Below, piece by piece: positions 1 through 12,685 of a DNA stretch of 64,000 nucleotides (position 1 is its first letter; each line of letters starts with the position of its first letter). The stretch covers positions 62,001 through 126,000 of the forward strand of contig JAHDYR010000034.1 of NCBI GenBank assembly GCA_019828565.1, given 5' to 3'. The notes under the pieces are model-generated. The model did not search any database, was not told the origin of the DNA, and saw only the letters and a program-made list of their open reading frames with translations. The DNA comes from Carpediemonas membranifera BICM (Eukaryota; Protista; Fornicata). Made by a program: the position numbers and the translations under genes.

Positions 1-1
1 G

Positions 2-223
2 TACCCCTCCCATAAGGCGATCGAGAAGGCAGCGTCGCAGTACGGCGCCAAGGTCTACCAGATCTCTGCCAAGGAGGGCACCGGCACCGATGAGCTGTTC
101 AAGGACCTCGCCCGCGTTCTCATGGAGCGCCGCGCGAAGGCAGTCAGCAGCCCGGCCCCCGCCGCGGTCCAGCTGAAGGGGGAGGCGGCGGGGAAGGGTT
201 CCTCGCAGGGCTGTCCGTGCTAG
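2..223 (+). CDS. Rab-family small GTPase, 3' end only (5' outside window)
   Basis: Frame 2 reads ...YQISAKEGTGTDELF (G5 SAK motif) ... GCPC-stop (CXC prenylation motif), TAG at 221-223. Confidence 0.85.
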   Translation, partial: YPSHKAIEKAASQYGAKVYQISAKEGTGTDELFKDLARVLMERRAKAVSSPAPAAVQLKGEAAGKGSSQGCPC

Positions 224-501
224 ACTGGGCGGGTCATATTATTGTAAAGTAGCCTTATTGGCAGGGCTAAAATTGCAGATCGGACGCATCCGGCGCTTCT
301 GGGCGTGTGAGGAACTCAACGGACGCTTTTGTATCTCAGGATCGTATTATTTGCAACCGGATCGCAGCCCACAATTGAACTCAAAATAGCGCTGAACCTT
401 GCAGTTACAGTACCAGCGTCAGGTACACTACTACTACAGTCGGCTGTATCGGCTGACTAAACTGCACCTTGAACTTTCGACGAACACCGAGCAAACGAAA
501 T

Positions 502-3037
502 ATGCAACCTATGGCTTCTAGAAACAATTCTAGGGCTTCAACTCCAAGAATACGGCGTGGTGATTCCGTTGTAGCATTAGATCAAGTCAAAAATCTCACC
601 AATGCTGGTATTGCGACAAGTCCTGAAAATGTGAAGGTTGTGGTCCGTGTTCGCCCGCCAAACAACAGGGAAACAACTCTGGATGTTGTTGCAGAGGCAG
701 ATGAACCAAATACGATTCACGTACGGCAGGTGACGAAGACGTTTGACCGCGTCTTCGGGCCGGGGTCCAAGCAGTCGCAGGTATATAACGACGTGGCCTC
801 CAACTCCGTCTCAGCTGTGCTCGACGGCTTCAACTCGACGATCATCGCCTACGGTCAGACGGGTACCGGTTTGTTTCATGGCCCATCCCGCGGCTCCCCA
901 CACTTACACAGGCAAGACGTACACGATGACCGGGGGTGGGGCCGAGGTGGACCTCAACTCCCCGACGTCGGTCCCGGAGGAGCACGTTGCGGACAGTGTC
1001 GAGGACAGCGCGGGTATCATACCCCGGGCCGCCTCGCACATCTTCCGGTTCGTTCAGGACAAGCTCGATGAGGTCGAGATCAATGTCTACTGCTCCTACT
1101 GCGAGATATACAACGAGCGTCTGTTCGACCTGCTCTACCTGCGGGACTCGGACCACGACCTCCCAGGCCACCTCGGCCCGGGCATTGTAAGCGTCCTCCC
1201 GACAGCTGCCAGCAACGGTACGAGAGCGGCGCTGAGCGCGCTGCAGCAGCTTGAGATCCGGGAGGACAAGGAGCGCGGCATCTTCGTCCAGGGTCTGACC
1301 GAGGTGCTGTGCTCGTCCGTGCAGGACGTGCTTTCCCTTATCGCCCAGGGCGTCAAGAACAGGGCCGTCCGGGCCACTGACTACAACGCCTGGTCGTCAC
1401 GGTCGCACTCGATCTTCCAGCTCATCGTGGAGAGCCGCCCCATCGATGGCCGGGAACCCATTATCACGAGGTCGAAGCTGAACCTTGTTGACCTGGCGGG
1501 GTCCGAGAAGTGGCGCACCCACATGGAGATGCAGGTCGACCGCATCGCCGAGCTGACGGCGATCAACCAGTCGCTGTCGACGCTGGGCAAGTGCATCCAC
1601 GCCCTCACACAGGCCGGGCGATCCCACATCCCATTCAGAGACTCGAAGCTGACCCGGCTGCTGGCGGACTCCCTTGGTGGCAACGCCAAGACGGTCTTCA
1701 TCGTAACGGTGTCGCCCTCGGTCCTCAATGAAGAGGAGACGCTCAGCACGGTCAAGTTCGCCGACAGGGCGAAGCGGGTCGTCACGCACGTGAAGCGGAA
1801 CGAGGTCCTCGACGGCACGATGCTCATCAAGCGGTACGAGGCGGAGATCCATCGGCTGCGGACCCTGTTGTCCAAGGGCGGCGTGGCCGAGGACTCCCAA
1901 CGGCTGGCCGCCTCCGAGGAGGAGAACCTGCGGCTCCGGGAGGAGAACTCGCGGCTGACCCGGCAGCTGTACCTCGTCCGGGAGGAGAACCGCGCCCTGG
2001 CGGCATCCCAGGGCGGGGGGGATCCGACCGCAGTCCGCAACGAGTTCCTGGAGCACCGCGTGCAGCAGATGGAGGCTGAGCGGTATGACCTGCTGGCCCG
2101 CATCTCGGACGGCGACTCCTTCCGGGGCTGGGTCGACTCGCTGAAGATCGACCGCGCCCAGCAGTCCGTGTCCGCCGAGCAGAAGCTCAGCCTCATGGAG
2201 CGGTCGCTGGCCTCCCAGTCGGCCGAGCTACAGCACACGAAGAAGCTGTTCGTCCGCGAGGTGCGTGCCCTGCAGGACGAGCTGTCCAAGAAGACCCAGT
2301 TGCTGCTGTCCGCCGAGACAGACCTCGCCAAGGCCCGCCGCACCGCCGTCCGCGTGTCCCCCCGAGGTGAGGCGGTGCTGCCGACCGACCAGGTCGAGCG
2401 GGTGTCGAGGTCTGTCCGGTCCCGCCTGGCCAAGGCCGTGCGACGGTACGACGAGGACGGGCGGCTGGCCGGGCTGGCGGAGGACGTCTGCAACCAGGCG
2501 GCAGCGGCGCTGTACAGCCTCTACGCCGAGCACGAGTCCGTGGTGAAGCAGCTCATGCCTGCCGCCCAGCCGCTGCCGCCCCCCAACCTCGACGACCTGC
2601 GGCGGATGGTGCGGTCAATCGAGGAGACGGCGGACCACCCGCCCTCGCCCCGGCCCCCGCCGGCCCGGCCCCCGCACCAGACGATGGGCGCGGTGGGATC
2701 TGAAGGGGGGCGGCCGATGTCCCCTCGGGAAACCCACGTCAGCCCCAGGCGGGAGGCCAAGCCGCAGTCGATCGCCCAGAGTCTGGACAGGTTCTTCCAC
2801 GAGTCCCCGCGGCCGGCCAAGGCTGGGGGCGATCGGCCCGAATCGGCATTGAAGCGACTGCAGCACCTCAACAGTCTGCTGGCGAACCCGCCGTCGGACC
2901 GCAAGATCCTGCCGCCCCCGCCTGGCCCGAGCACCGGGGGTGGAGAGCCGGAGCAGCTGAGGCGGGTGCTGGACCGGCTGGGGCCCGACCGTCTGGCGGA
3001 GTTCGCGAAGAAGCTGAAACAGGCGGAGACGGCGTGA
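502..3037 (+). CDS. Kinesin motor protein (N-terminal motor, coiled-coil stalk); intron 869-911
   Basis: VVVRVRP, P-loop GQTGTGKT restored by splicing GTTTGT...CTTACACAG (43 nt), NAWSSRSH, LVDLAGSE, HIPFRDSKLTRLL. Confidence 0.95.
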
Positions 3038-3278
3038 GGGCGTCTGGGGCCATTGTACTCTATGCGCGCTGTCAAGACCGCGGGCCACCATGCGAGAGAC
3101 ATTAAACCTTGCTGTGTCCTCCTTTACATGAGCTTCGCTGTTATGTGAGGCGGCTGGGGGCAGTTAGATCGTCATGGGCCATGACACGCGGTTCTCACCA
3201 GACCAGTGTCGGCAATGATCTGGCGCATATTATGTGTCTAACGCGCACCCCTGACCCATATTTACAATGCTTACAATA

Positions 3279-3863
3279 CTAGGTGCGGGTGACTCTACGC
3301 CAAGTCTTCTGGACAAAGCCGATGACGAGGTCATGCGAGAATGGAATGAAGGAAAGCGAGTACCACAAAAGAGCGCCGTACACGACCAGGGCAATGACCA
3401 GGCAGAGCAACACCAGGACAAAATCGTGTGAGCCAAAGATGAAAGTGATGGCGATGGGGATCAACACGATGAGGCTCAGCGCGACGATAAATGTGATCGT
3501 GGCCGGTGCGCGCACCTTGTCCATGGCCATACGGAGCTGCTTGACAGGGTGGAACAGGAGGCAGGTGCTGCCGATGGTCAGGCACATGCCGCCGACGAAG
3601 AGGAGCAGGAAGAGGATCACACTCTCGAACAGCGCGAGCACGCCGGCCAGGGATGTGAGAAAACCAATGGAAAACATCGCAGCGAAAATGTAGATACGCA
3701 GGGTTTGAGAAAGACCGAAGGGTCTGTACCCCTGAAACATAAGAGCGTATGATCCAGCGTCTCTCGCGCTTCGAAGTGCTGCATATGGGTTTTTGGCAGC
3801 ATTCATAATACCATGTGATCCACCAGCAGCTACTGCCTTTGTTCCAAGCGTCACAAGTCCCAT
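3279..3863 (-). CDS. Got1/SFT2-like vesicle transport membrane protein
   Basis: Four hydrophobic helices; LS...R.Y.F, GST.LL..P.KQL, WYSLSFIPF motifs; start chosen at ATG 3863. Confidence 0.75.
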   Translation of the reverse strand: MGLVTLGTKAVAAGGSHGIMNAAKNPYAALRSARDAGSYALMFQGYRPFGLSQTLRIYIFAAMFSIGFLTSLAGVLALFESVILFLLLFVGGMCLTIGSTCLLFHPVKQLRMAMDKVRAPATITFIVALSLIVLIPIAITFIFGSHDFVLVLLCLVIALVVYGALLWYSLSFIPFSHDLVIGFVQKTWRRVTRT

Positions 3864-4012
3864 TTGTCGATTTTGCGTGGTTAAACTGCATCGGCCCCTG
3901 CTGGTCGGTAAGCAGCCCCGGCCGCCATAATACCAGCCAGGGCCACCCCCCACACGTGACTGGGGGTACATGACCTATCATCACCATTCGCAGGATAAGG
4001 CCAGTCGACGCG

Positions 4013-5053
4013 ATGTCCCCAAGGTCAGCGGCCTCAAGGCTAAGAATCCCAGCATATGTTGCACATGATCTGCTTGAGGATAAGTTACAGCAAAAGTTTA
4101 GCTATGAGTCAATACAGGACCTCCTTGATGCTATCAGCACCAATAATGAGCGTATGTTCAGTCTGCTGTATAGCGGGCCGCTCAGCTTGAAGGCAGTGAA
4201 GGATATTCTAGATGAGGCTGATCGTGAGTACCTTGCCTCCGATCAGGAGTCGGAAGAAAAGAAACCAAAGGAGGCGAGGCCCCGACACAACAGCCCGCCC
4301 CGAGTAGACGTGCTGTTCGCATACAGGCCAACCGACAAAGACCACGGCGCACACGCCATTGTCGTGGACCGCATCCCGCGCCAGGACTTCTCGGTCGCTG
4401 TGATCGCACGGTTCTTTGAGGATTTCGAGGTCAAGGCCATCGTGCTCGGTTCTAGAGGGTCGGCTGTCGTCCAGTTCGAGACTTTCAAGGACGCAGACGA
4501 TGCCCTCCACATGCGGCTCTTCGGCGGCGACGCGCAGGCCTCGTGGGCGGAGGTCGCCCAGCCCCGAGACAGGGAGGCCCGGCCAAGTCGGCCGGCCCAG
4601 GGCGACATGACGAGCCGGGGTGCCGTTAAGCGGAAGGTGTCCATTGAAACGACGAAGCTGAGGCAGAAGCAGTTCGAGCAGAAGCAGCAGCATGTCGAGT
4701 TCAGGGAGAAGCTGGCCGCGAAGCTCGAGGCCGGGGAGATCACCAGGGCGAAGTACGATGACCTCCTGGCCCGACTCGCCGGCGTCGAGAAGCGGGCCCG
4801 GTCGGAAGCCCAGGCCAAGCCCCGTTCCACCCTGCGGGTCTGGAACTTCCCGGACGGCATGGACGCCGCCGCACTGCAGCGGGCTATCAACGATGAGCTC
4901 GGCGACGGCGCGGTGAGCAGGGCTCGGCTGCTGGAGGGCCAGGAGCGGCGGGAGGCGGTCGTCCTCATCGACGACGGCGCCATGCAGCAGACAGACCGGC
5001 TCCAGTTCGTGTTCGGGCGGTACAAGGGCGAGAATCCCTTTGACGATGAGTAA
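4013..5053 (+). CDS. RRM-containing RNA-binding protein (possibly RBM26/27-like)
   Basis: RRM-like IVVDRIP...FFEDF...AVVQFETFKDADDAL, coiled coil, second RRM-like STLRVWNFP. Confidence 0.55.
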   Translation: MSPRSAASRLRIPAYVAHDLLEDKLQQKFSYESIQDLLDAISTNNERMFSLLYSGPLSLKAVKDILDEADREYLASDQESEEKKPKEARPRHNSPPRVDVLFAYRPTDKDHGAHAIVVDRIPRQDFSVAVIARFFEDFEVKAIVLGSRGSAVVQFETFKDADDALHMRLFGGDAQASWAEVAQPRDREARPSRPAQGDMTSRGAVKRKVSIETTKLRQKQFEQKQQHVEFREKLAAKLEAGEITRAKYDDLLARLAGVEKRARSEAQAKPRSTLRVWNFPDGMDAAALQRAINDELGDGAVSRARLLEGQERREAVVLIDDGAMQQTDRLQFVFGRYKGENPFDDE

Positions 5054-5247
5054 ACAACCGGTTCCCGTTTCTGGAGAGTCTGGACCCGCGCACGGATGAT
5101 ACCACAGACAGACTTCCCATGGCTTCATGGTGAGGTTATCGTCTGTGGATGGTCTGGTTGCCGAAATTGGGGATTTGGCCATTTGGCGCTATTGTGCCAA
5201 TTTCGCCAAACCCAAAATCGAATTTGACCCACTTTAAGCCAGCACTG

Positions 5248-6373
5248 ATGGGCAGCGAAGACATTGATAAGCACGTGCTTCGAAAATACGAAATTGTACG
5301 TAAGGTCGGCAAGGGCGCCTACGGCATCGTCTGGAAGGCAACTGAGAAGAAGACTGGAGAGGTTCAGGCCCTCAAGAAGATCTTCGATGCATTCCAGAAC
5401 GAAACTGATGCCCAGCGCACTTTCCGCGAGATCATGTACCTCCAGGAGCTCGAGCACCCAAACATTGTGATGCTCACCAACGTCCTCAAGGCATCTGACG
5501 ACAACGACATCTACCTGGTCTTTGAGTTCATGGAGACCGACCTGCACGCAGTAATCCGCTCGAACATCCTCCAGGAGGTGCACAAGTCCTACATCATCTA
5601 CCAGCTCCTCAAGGCCCTCCACTACATGCACTCTGGCGACCTCATCCACCGCGACCTCAAGCCCTCCAACATGCTCCTCAACTCCGAGTGCCACATGAAG
5701 CTCGCTGACTTCGGTCTTGCCCGCTCCGTGGCCGTCCTCGAGCGCGGCGAAGAGGCCAACCCCGTCCTCACCGACTATGTCGCCACCCGCTGGTACCGCG
5801 CCCCCGAGATCCTGCTCGGGTCCACCCGCTACACCAAGGGCGTCGACATCTGGTCTGTCGGCTGCATCAGTTCGTCACCCCGCCCCATCTCACACAGTCG
5901 GCGAGCTCCTCGGTGGCCGCCCCATGTTCCCCGGCACCAGTACCATGAACCAGCTCGAGAAGGTCGTCGAGGTCACCGGTCGCCCCGCCGCTGCTGACGT
6001 CGAGGCCATCGGGTCCGCCTTTGCCGACACGATGCTCGAGTCCCTACCGAGCACGACGACTAAGAGCCTCAAGGACATGTACCCGGACGCCGACCCCACC
6101 GCCCTCGACCTCATGGCCCGCATGCTGCAGTTTAACCCCAAGAAGCGCATCACCGTGGCCGAGGCCCTCGAGCACCCCTTCGTCGCTCAGTTCCACAAGG
6201 GCCACGTCGCCGACGAGATCACCCTGCCCAAGCCCATCGAGATCACCGTGGACGACAACAAGCGGTTCAGCATCAACGAGTACAGATCCCGGCTGTACGA
6301 CGACATCATCTCTCGCAAGAGGGCCGCCCGCAAGCGCCGCATGGCTGCTCGCAAGGAGCGCACTGCCAAGTAG
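5248..6373 (+). CDS. MAPK15: MAP kinase, ERK7/8 (MAPK15)-like; intron 5870-5897
   Basis: [42 protein letters not shown]; 28-nt intron GTTCGT...CTCACACAG joins ORFs 5149 and 5717 (WSVGCI/IGELL). Confidence 0.9.
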
Positions 6374-6515
6374 AATAAAAGCCTCTCTCGCTTGCTATCT
6401 TAGCGCACCGTATTCTTCACACGGTCGTCTGGATCAGACAACGATTCTGAGCTGGTACGATTTGATGTAGTCATTTTGAGTCAAATTGAGTCAGTTCTGC
6501 AAGAACGTAGCCTAT

Positions 6516-7011
6516 ATGTCTGACGTCGAGTTCGAACGTGCCGATGCTGGTGCTGCTACCACTTACCCCGCTCAGGCTGGTACCTTGAGAAAGGGCGGGT
6601 TTGTTCCCATCATTTCTTGCTTATCCCAGCTTTGTCGTCATCAAGAACCGCCCCTGCAAGGTTGTTGAGACTTCCGTCTCCAAGACCGGCAAGCACGGCC
6701 ACGCCAAGGTCCACGTTGTCGCTATCGACATCTTCACCGGCCGCAAGCTTGAGGATATCTGCCCTTCCACCCACAATACCGAGATCCCCTTCGTCACCAA
6801 GGGCGATTACATGCTCATCGACATCGAGGAGGACGGCTTCTGCTCCCTCATGACCGACGATGGCAAGACCCGCGACGACCTCAAGTGTCCCGAGGGCGAG
6901 ATTGGCGACGAGATGCGTGCCGCTTTCGACGACGGCAAGGACCTCATCGTCTCCGTCCAGAAGGCTATGGGCGAGGAGTCCATCATCTCCTTCAAGGAGT
7001 CCAACAACTAA
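6516..7011 (+). CDS. eIF5A: Translation factor eIF5A; intron 6599-6629
   Basis: Hypusine motif SKTGKHGHAK; 31-nt intron GTTTGT...CTTATCCCAG restores LRKGGFVVIK. Confidence 0.97.
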
Positions 7012-7408
7012 ACGGGATCTTATTATCTGAGCTTCTTTATGTATTTAATCTAGTACTGTACATACATTTAGACCATCAGCGGGTTCTGCGCGCGTCCGAG
7101 GACGCATGCCGCCGCTGTGGCCGGGCGTTGGGGTCCGCCGGTCTCATCGCTTCGAGTCTCTTGGTCCGGCCCCTTTACTGCACCCCGACAATTGTTTTCC
7201 TGACCTTGCCCATGGATGCCCTGTTCTAACATAAGAACGGATGCAGACATCATCAGGCGCATTCATTGCAGCCTGGTAGACCCTTTTGCTCGTCTCACGC
7301 ACTGTTGCGCAGTGTAAACACATTGTTTGACCCTTCAATAGCACACGCACACCAGCCAAACCTGCGGGCACAAGCGAAAAGATTGTTTCATTCCTCGCCA
7401 TTCACATC

Positions 7409-8898
7409 ATGAAGCTTCTCGTGATCCTTTGTCATCTTTTAGTTCTTCAGTGTATGATTTCTGCTGTTCTGGGCGTCCGTCCTGGCCACCTTTCTGCACA
7501 CAGCATGATCATCCAGCAGCAGGAGGCAAACGGCGTCTTCTTCGATGCTGCTGCCCCAGATCAGTATTTCAATCAGGTATGATCACTATAACCATCCAAT
7601 TTACCTAGTACGTTGACCATTTCGATGATCGTGATGCCCGTCTCACTTTCAAGCAACGCTACTGGGTCAACGACACCATGTACCAAGCTGGCGGCCCCAT
7701 CTTCATGCTTGTAGGTGGCGAAGCGCCCTCATCGTCCAAGGAGGTCGCCGGCTACTTCTGGATCAACGATCTCGCCGAGAGATACCACGGCGCCGTCGTC
7801 TCCGTCGAGCACCGCTTCTATGGCGAGTCCCAGCCCTTCACCCGCATCACCACTGACAAGCTCGCCCTCCTTTCTTCCGCCCAGGCCCTCGAGGACTTCG
7901 CCGTCTTCGCCTCTGAGTTCCCGTCGCAGTTCACCAAGTTCGCCGGCTCTGAGTGGGTTTCTGTCGGGGGTTCCTACTCCGGCAGCCTCGCGGCCTGGCT
8001 CCGGACCAAGTATCCTCACATCTTCAAGGCCGCCCTGGCCGAATCAGCCCCACTCGAGGCGCTCGACGACTTCACGGCGTATTTCAAGACCGTGCAAGAT
8101 ACACTGGGGACTACGTGCGCTGAGGTCGTCCGCGCCATCTACGACGAGAGCGTGTGGTGCTTCCAAACGGCCGGCGATGAGTGTACTCTGCCCGAGAACC
8201 TGTCGCCGCTCATCGGCTGGGACGCCATGGTGGAGCTCGACTTCGCCTCTTACATGTCCGCTATGACTGACGTCGTCGCCAACACCGTCCAGTACGATAA
8301 GGACCACCCCGGCCGGCTCACAGTGGAGACGCTGTGCAGCGAGCTCACCGCGGCCTCTCAGGTGGGCACTAGTGAACTCCACGCCATGTTCGCCGAGCTC
8401 AACGGGCTCACCGGCCCCGTCGACGCCGACTTCGAGTCGGACGCGGCGGTGCTTAGGACGCACGCCCCAGGGGACGCTGGGCAGGCCTGGATGTGGCAGT
8501 GCTGCAACGAGTTCGCCTTCTTCCAGACGAGCAGCAAGGCGTCGTACGTGCTGCTTCCGGACGGGTCAATCACCCTCGACTACTACCACAGATTGTGCGA
8601 GGCCGGCTTCGGCATCGACTCGGCCAATGTCGCCGCCCGTGTAGCCGAGACTAACGTCCACTACGGCGCCCGTAACATTGTCTCCTCCAACATCGCCTTC
8701 CTGACAAACTCGGAGGACCCCTGGCACAACCTCGCCGTCGAGGGGTCCGCCGCGGGTTGCCGCAACTGCGTTGTCCATCAGACGCCCGGCCACGCCCATT
8801 GCGCCTCGATGTACGCTCCCCGCGCCTCTGACGACGCCGCATTGAAGACGGCCCGGAAGCTGCAGGTGGCGATGCTCGACAGCATCTTCGGGCAATAG
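7409..8898 (+). CDS. Serine peptidase family S28, secreted; intron 7577-7608
   Basis: Signal-peptide-like MKLLVIL; Q/YVDHF after 32-nt intron; EHRFYGES, GGSYSG, WQCCNEF, DPW, HCASM. Confidence 0.92.
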
Positions 8899-9195
8899 TG
8901 TGATAAAGACCATAGCTGGTTATGATGGTTCCTGTCTGACTGCAAACTCGACTTGTTGTCAATGTGTCAACCGTCGAGTCAAATCGGACCGAGCCACAAG
9001 CGCTCATCGTAGGATTGACTCCAAAACACGGCCGGGAGCTAAATACTTGTCAGCCAAACATCACGTGTAAGTTGGCATGCGCGTCACGTGACAGCCCTTC
9101 ATTAAAAAAATGACATCCTCAACGCTGTTGGATTTCACTCGACCTGGTCAACCGGACTCGGCTGTCTGGAATGTCTGGAATGAGCGAAGAAAATG

Positions 9196-9723
9196 GGCTA
9201 GCTATCCTAGCCTCATGACCTTCTTTTCATTAACCAACGGGGGGGCGCTTAATTTACACAATGTTAACGAGGAAGCTAGTGTAAGTTGAACGTGAAGTCC
9301 TCTCCGCTTACCGAGGGAGAAGGAGTATACCAGTCGTAACTGGTACCGTGCCGTCGGATCCGGCGGATCCGAACTTTGCGCCATTCTGTCCGCCTAAACT
9401 GCGTGACTCGCCTGACCGGCGAAACACCTTTTGCCCGGAGTGAGGCTATCACATCGCCCTCCGCTCCGGGCCCGTTACCCGAGGTAACCTTACTGACGAT
9501 GTAGCGCCAATTCCGCAGTCGTTCTCCCATATTCAGTGGAGCCTCGAACCCAATCGATTGTCTCTCGGAGTACCACTCGAGCCCATTGGCACCCGGGGTG
9601 CTGAGACGCCCGAGAGGGCGCACGGAAACGCGCAGTTTATGGCATCAGAATTTCGAATGCCCAAAGGAGCCCGAGAAGAATAAATCCTTTACCCCCCTTT
9701 GGGAGTATGAGTTAGGTGGCTAG
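9196..9723. mobile_element. Probable non-autonomous derivative of the tyrosine-recombinase retroelement
   Basis: 9570-9723 is near-identical to 42679-42771 + 47100-47162 (3' end of DIRS-like element 1); unit bounded by GGCTAG at 9196-9201 and 9718-9723; hairpin-rich, no convincing ORF. Confidence 0.5.
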
Positions 9724-9752
9724 TCTAGCAATTAGTAGTAGAGGAGCGAACA

Positions 9753-9949
9753 GCTTCGTGCTCGAAGTTAAGTGGCGCTAGGGAGCGCAGCTGGCAGGTT
9801 CCGGCGTGGGTCGGAAGCAACCGACCAGATTTTATTTAGGCTATGTATCCGTCCAAATTCGACACAATGGTGTCGAGACGTCAGTGCTCATGAACGAGGC
9901 CGTGGCCGCGCGAGTCTACCACGCTCGGCGGACAACAACTCAGGCAGCG
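9753..9949 (+). repeat. 197-bp dispersed repeat, copy 1
   Basis: Near-identical to 27980-28176. Confidence 0.9.
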
Positions 9950-9982
9950 AACACATACATATACATAACATCAGCCAAAATT

Positions 9983-10054
9983 GGGGTCAGCCGGGATTTG
10001 AACCCGGGACCTCCTGCACCCGAAGCAGGAATCATACCCCTAGACCACTGACCC
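9983..10054 (-). tRNA. tRNA-Pro (anticodon CGG)
   Basis: Minus strand GGGTCAG TGGTCTAGGGGTATGATT CCTGC TTCGGGT GCAGG AGGTC CCGGG TTCAAAT CCCGG CTGACCC C; T4 run follows. Confidence 0.95.
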
Positions 10055-11743
10055 CTACCACAATCAAATTGTGGACGATAACTATTAATCTATTGGAAAA
10101 TGATTGCGGCGACATTTGCGATACCGCGTCATACAGCTATACTGGTTCATTGCTCAAAGTGGCAGGGGACATTTTGTATTTCCATAACATAAAATGCGCA
10201 GTCGGCGAGCTTGCCGGAAACCCTTCTGGCTGAGCAATACCTTGGAGTTGGCTAACGATCGACGTGAGAGTTAAGAGGGTTAACGAACAGTTTAAGGCTC
10301 GAGACGGACGGGTCCATACGGGTGTTGTTCAACTCGCAGTACCGCCCCTCGTCTTCGGGGACGAGATCGGCCATTTCGACGGACTCACACAGTTTTGGGA
10401 ATTGCCCGATTAGACCAGAAGAAGATGGGCCCCTCGAGGGCCCAAACTGACCAGTGGCCTTTATCAATCATGTTCTGCTTACAGTAGCCTTAATTGGTGT
10501 CATTTACTGCCTCTCATGTGAGATTAATGTGTGTATCGTCTGCCGCTCTCTCACAGTAGTTCATCATTGAAGTTTCTGGCATCAAATCTTGCGGCTCCTG
10601 CTTCCCAACCGAGTTTGGGAACCATATTGTCCATGGAAACGATTCGAGACGAGTGCAATCCTCATCCCGGGACAACCAGGTGATTGAGACCATCGCCTAC
10701 TCGTCCCGGCCAGATGCCACAGCCAGCAGTGCCGCGTCTGCGAGCACTCGCTTGAACCCGAGGACGGGCTGCAGAAGGCATACTGCTTCATGGACAGCCT
10801 TCATCTGGCTAGCAGCTACACGGCACGAGCTGCCCCCCGACCCTCAGCACGGAGCTGTTCACCATCCTGGTCGGGGAAGTGTGCGCCCTGTCCATCCTGT
10901 GCTCTATGCTATGTGTCGCTATGTGTCGTCGGCCGTCTTCATCACACATGCGGCCCTGAAGCGGGCCCAAGGTCGTTTATCCAGAAAGATATTGAGAGGA
11001 TCATGGCTTCTTGAACATGTTTGCAGCAAATAGGCAGCCAATAAGCCACGTAGACAGTTTCGGTAATGGTCTGAGAATACCGCCAGTTTGTCGATCAGAG
11101 CACCAGATCAAACGTAGAGCACAGCACCTGCGTGCAAGACAAGATCGAAGGCCGCGCGCCGAAGCCTGTGCGCGCTGAGGGGTGCGGCAGAGAGTTCGTG
11201 CCGCTCACCCGCACCGGCAGTCCCAGTAAGCGGGCTGAGTCGTTCGTACTCGAGCAGGCAGCCATCGGGCGACGGTTGGACGTCCCCGGCCTGCGAGGCT
11301 GGCTGCGTCAGCCATCCTCGCCCACCCATGCGCCTTGCTGCCCGAGGCCGAGCTCCGGGTATCGGCGAATGTCGAGGTTCTTGGCCGGGTGGTCGTGCAA
11401 GGAGTGCGAACACCACGCCACACGGGTACTGAAACGATTGGTCTTGGCCATGGTGAAGCACTGCGAGCTGTCCTGGTAGACTTAAATGGCAACAGTATTT
11501 TTTTCCTTACAATTTTGACAGCCTCCGTGGCGGAGGTCGCGATCTGTGCTGCCGATCGGCCTTCCCAGGGGACAAGGTATCGTGGATCAAGGCTCGCCAA
11601 AGCAAACGATATGGATACTTGATGTTGGTTAGTGATCACTGACTCAGGAGAGTTTCTCTTTTCAGTTCTCACGTTAACCGCCACGTGAGCAGATACATGT
11701 CCTTTGCGGTTTATTCTGGGACGCACCCAGTGAAACGCGGCGC

Positions 11744-12337
11744 TTACTTGTGGGTCTTGCGCTCATAGAACTCAAGCTCGCGGCCCTCAAGGAGGTAGCC
11801 GTCGGCACGGCCGCACTGGCCAGGGCGGGAAGAGATCATGGCAAGAAGACGGCCGTTGGCGAACTGGGCCATGAACTTCTCATCGACGGACTTGCCCTCG
11901 CGGCGAGACTCGCGCTTGGCCTTCCAGCCCTCGGACTTGTTGGTGACATCGGTGGCGGTGTCCTCCTTGCCCTCAAGCTGAACGCCGTACTTCTGCTCGT
12001 AGAAGGCACGGAAGGGGGTGGCCTCGACGTAGCAGATAGTTCCCTTGGTGAGGGTCTTGGTACGGACGAGCTCGTTGGAAGTGGCGTTGTAGGCGACCTC
12101 GAGGATGCGGACCTTGCGGGCGCAGACCTCAGTGGCCCAGGAGAAGTTGCCGCTGTCGAGACGAAGAGCGCGGAACTTCTGGTTGCCACCGCGGCCAGTG
12201 ACGACGGTGGTCTTCTTGGCGCCGAGCTTGGTGTTAGCAGCGGGACGGCCAATGCAGTGGCGACGCTTGGAGAACCAGCGGGTCACGCGACCACCAGTGT
12301 TCTTGCGCTTGTGAACGGAATCACGGGAGATAGCCAT
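11744..12337 (-). CDS. RPS8: 40S ribosomal protein S8 (eS8)
   Basis: MAISRDSVHKRKNTGG, RGGNQKFRALRLD, SSRPGQCGRADGY. Confidence 0.98.
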   Translation of the reverse strand: MAISRDSVHKRKNTGGRVTRWFSKRRHCIGRPAANTKLGAKKTTVVTGRGGNQKFRALRLDSGNFSWATEVCARKVRILEVAYNATSNELVRTKTLTKGTICYVEATPFRAFYEQKYGVQLEGKEDTATDVTNKSEGWKAKRESRREGKSVDEKFMAQFANGRLLAMISSRPGQCGRADGYLLEGRELEFYERKTHK

Positions 12338-12685
12338 CTGAGTAAGAAATGGAGAGAGAACGTCTGCAAGCTGATACTATAGGATGAAACATGGTCATCT
12401 ATCGCAATTCCAGCACACAGGCGGTTGTAATTACACACAACGCTTCGAAATACCTCGCAGAGGATCAACAAAGGTTTTCTTCTCGATGCAAAAATGGTCT
12501 GAATTGAAAAAAACAACCCCAACAGGAGAATTATTGTCGCTTGATGTGCAAGGGTACTGCAGAAGCGTTGCACATTCACTACTGGACATCAATCCGTAAC
12601 TTTTGGTCACCCATGACAAGCGGAAAGACAATGGGGACAGCTTACCCAACCAAACTGAAGAACGATAAACTGAGATCGATGGTAT

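Noticed and set aside
10250-11730. Short ORFs between tRNA-Pro and RPS8
   Set aside because: Fragmented with no recognisable domain; possibly a decayed gene but unsupported
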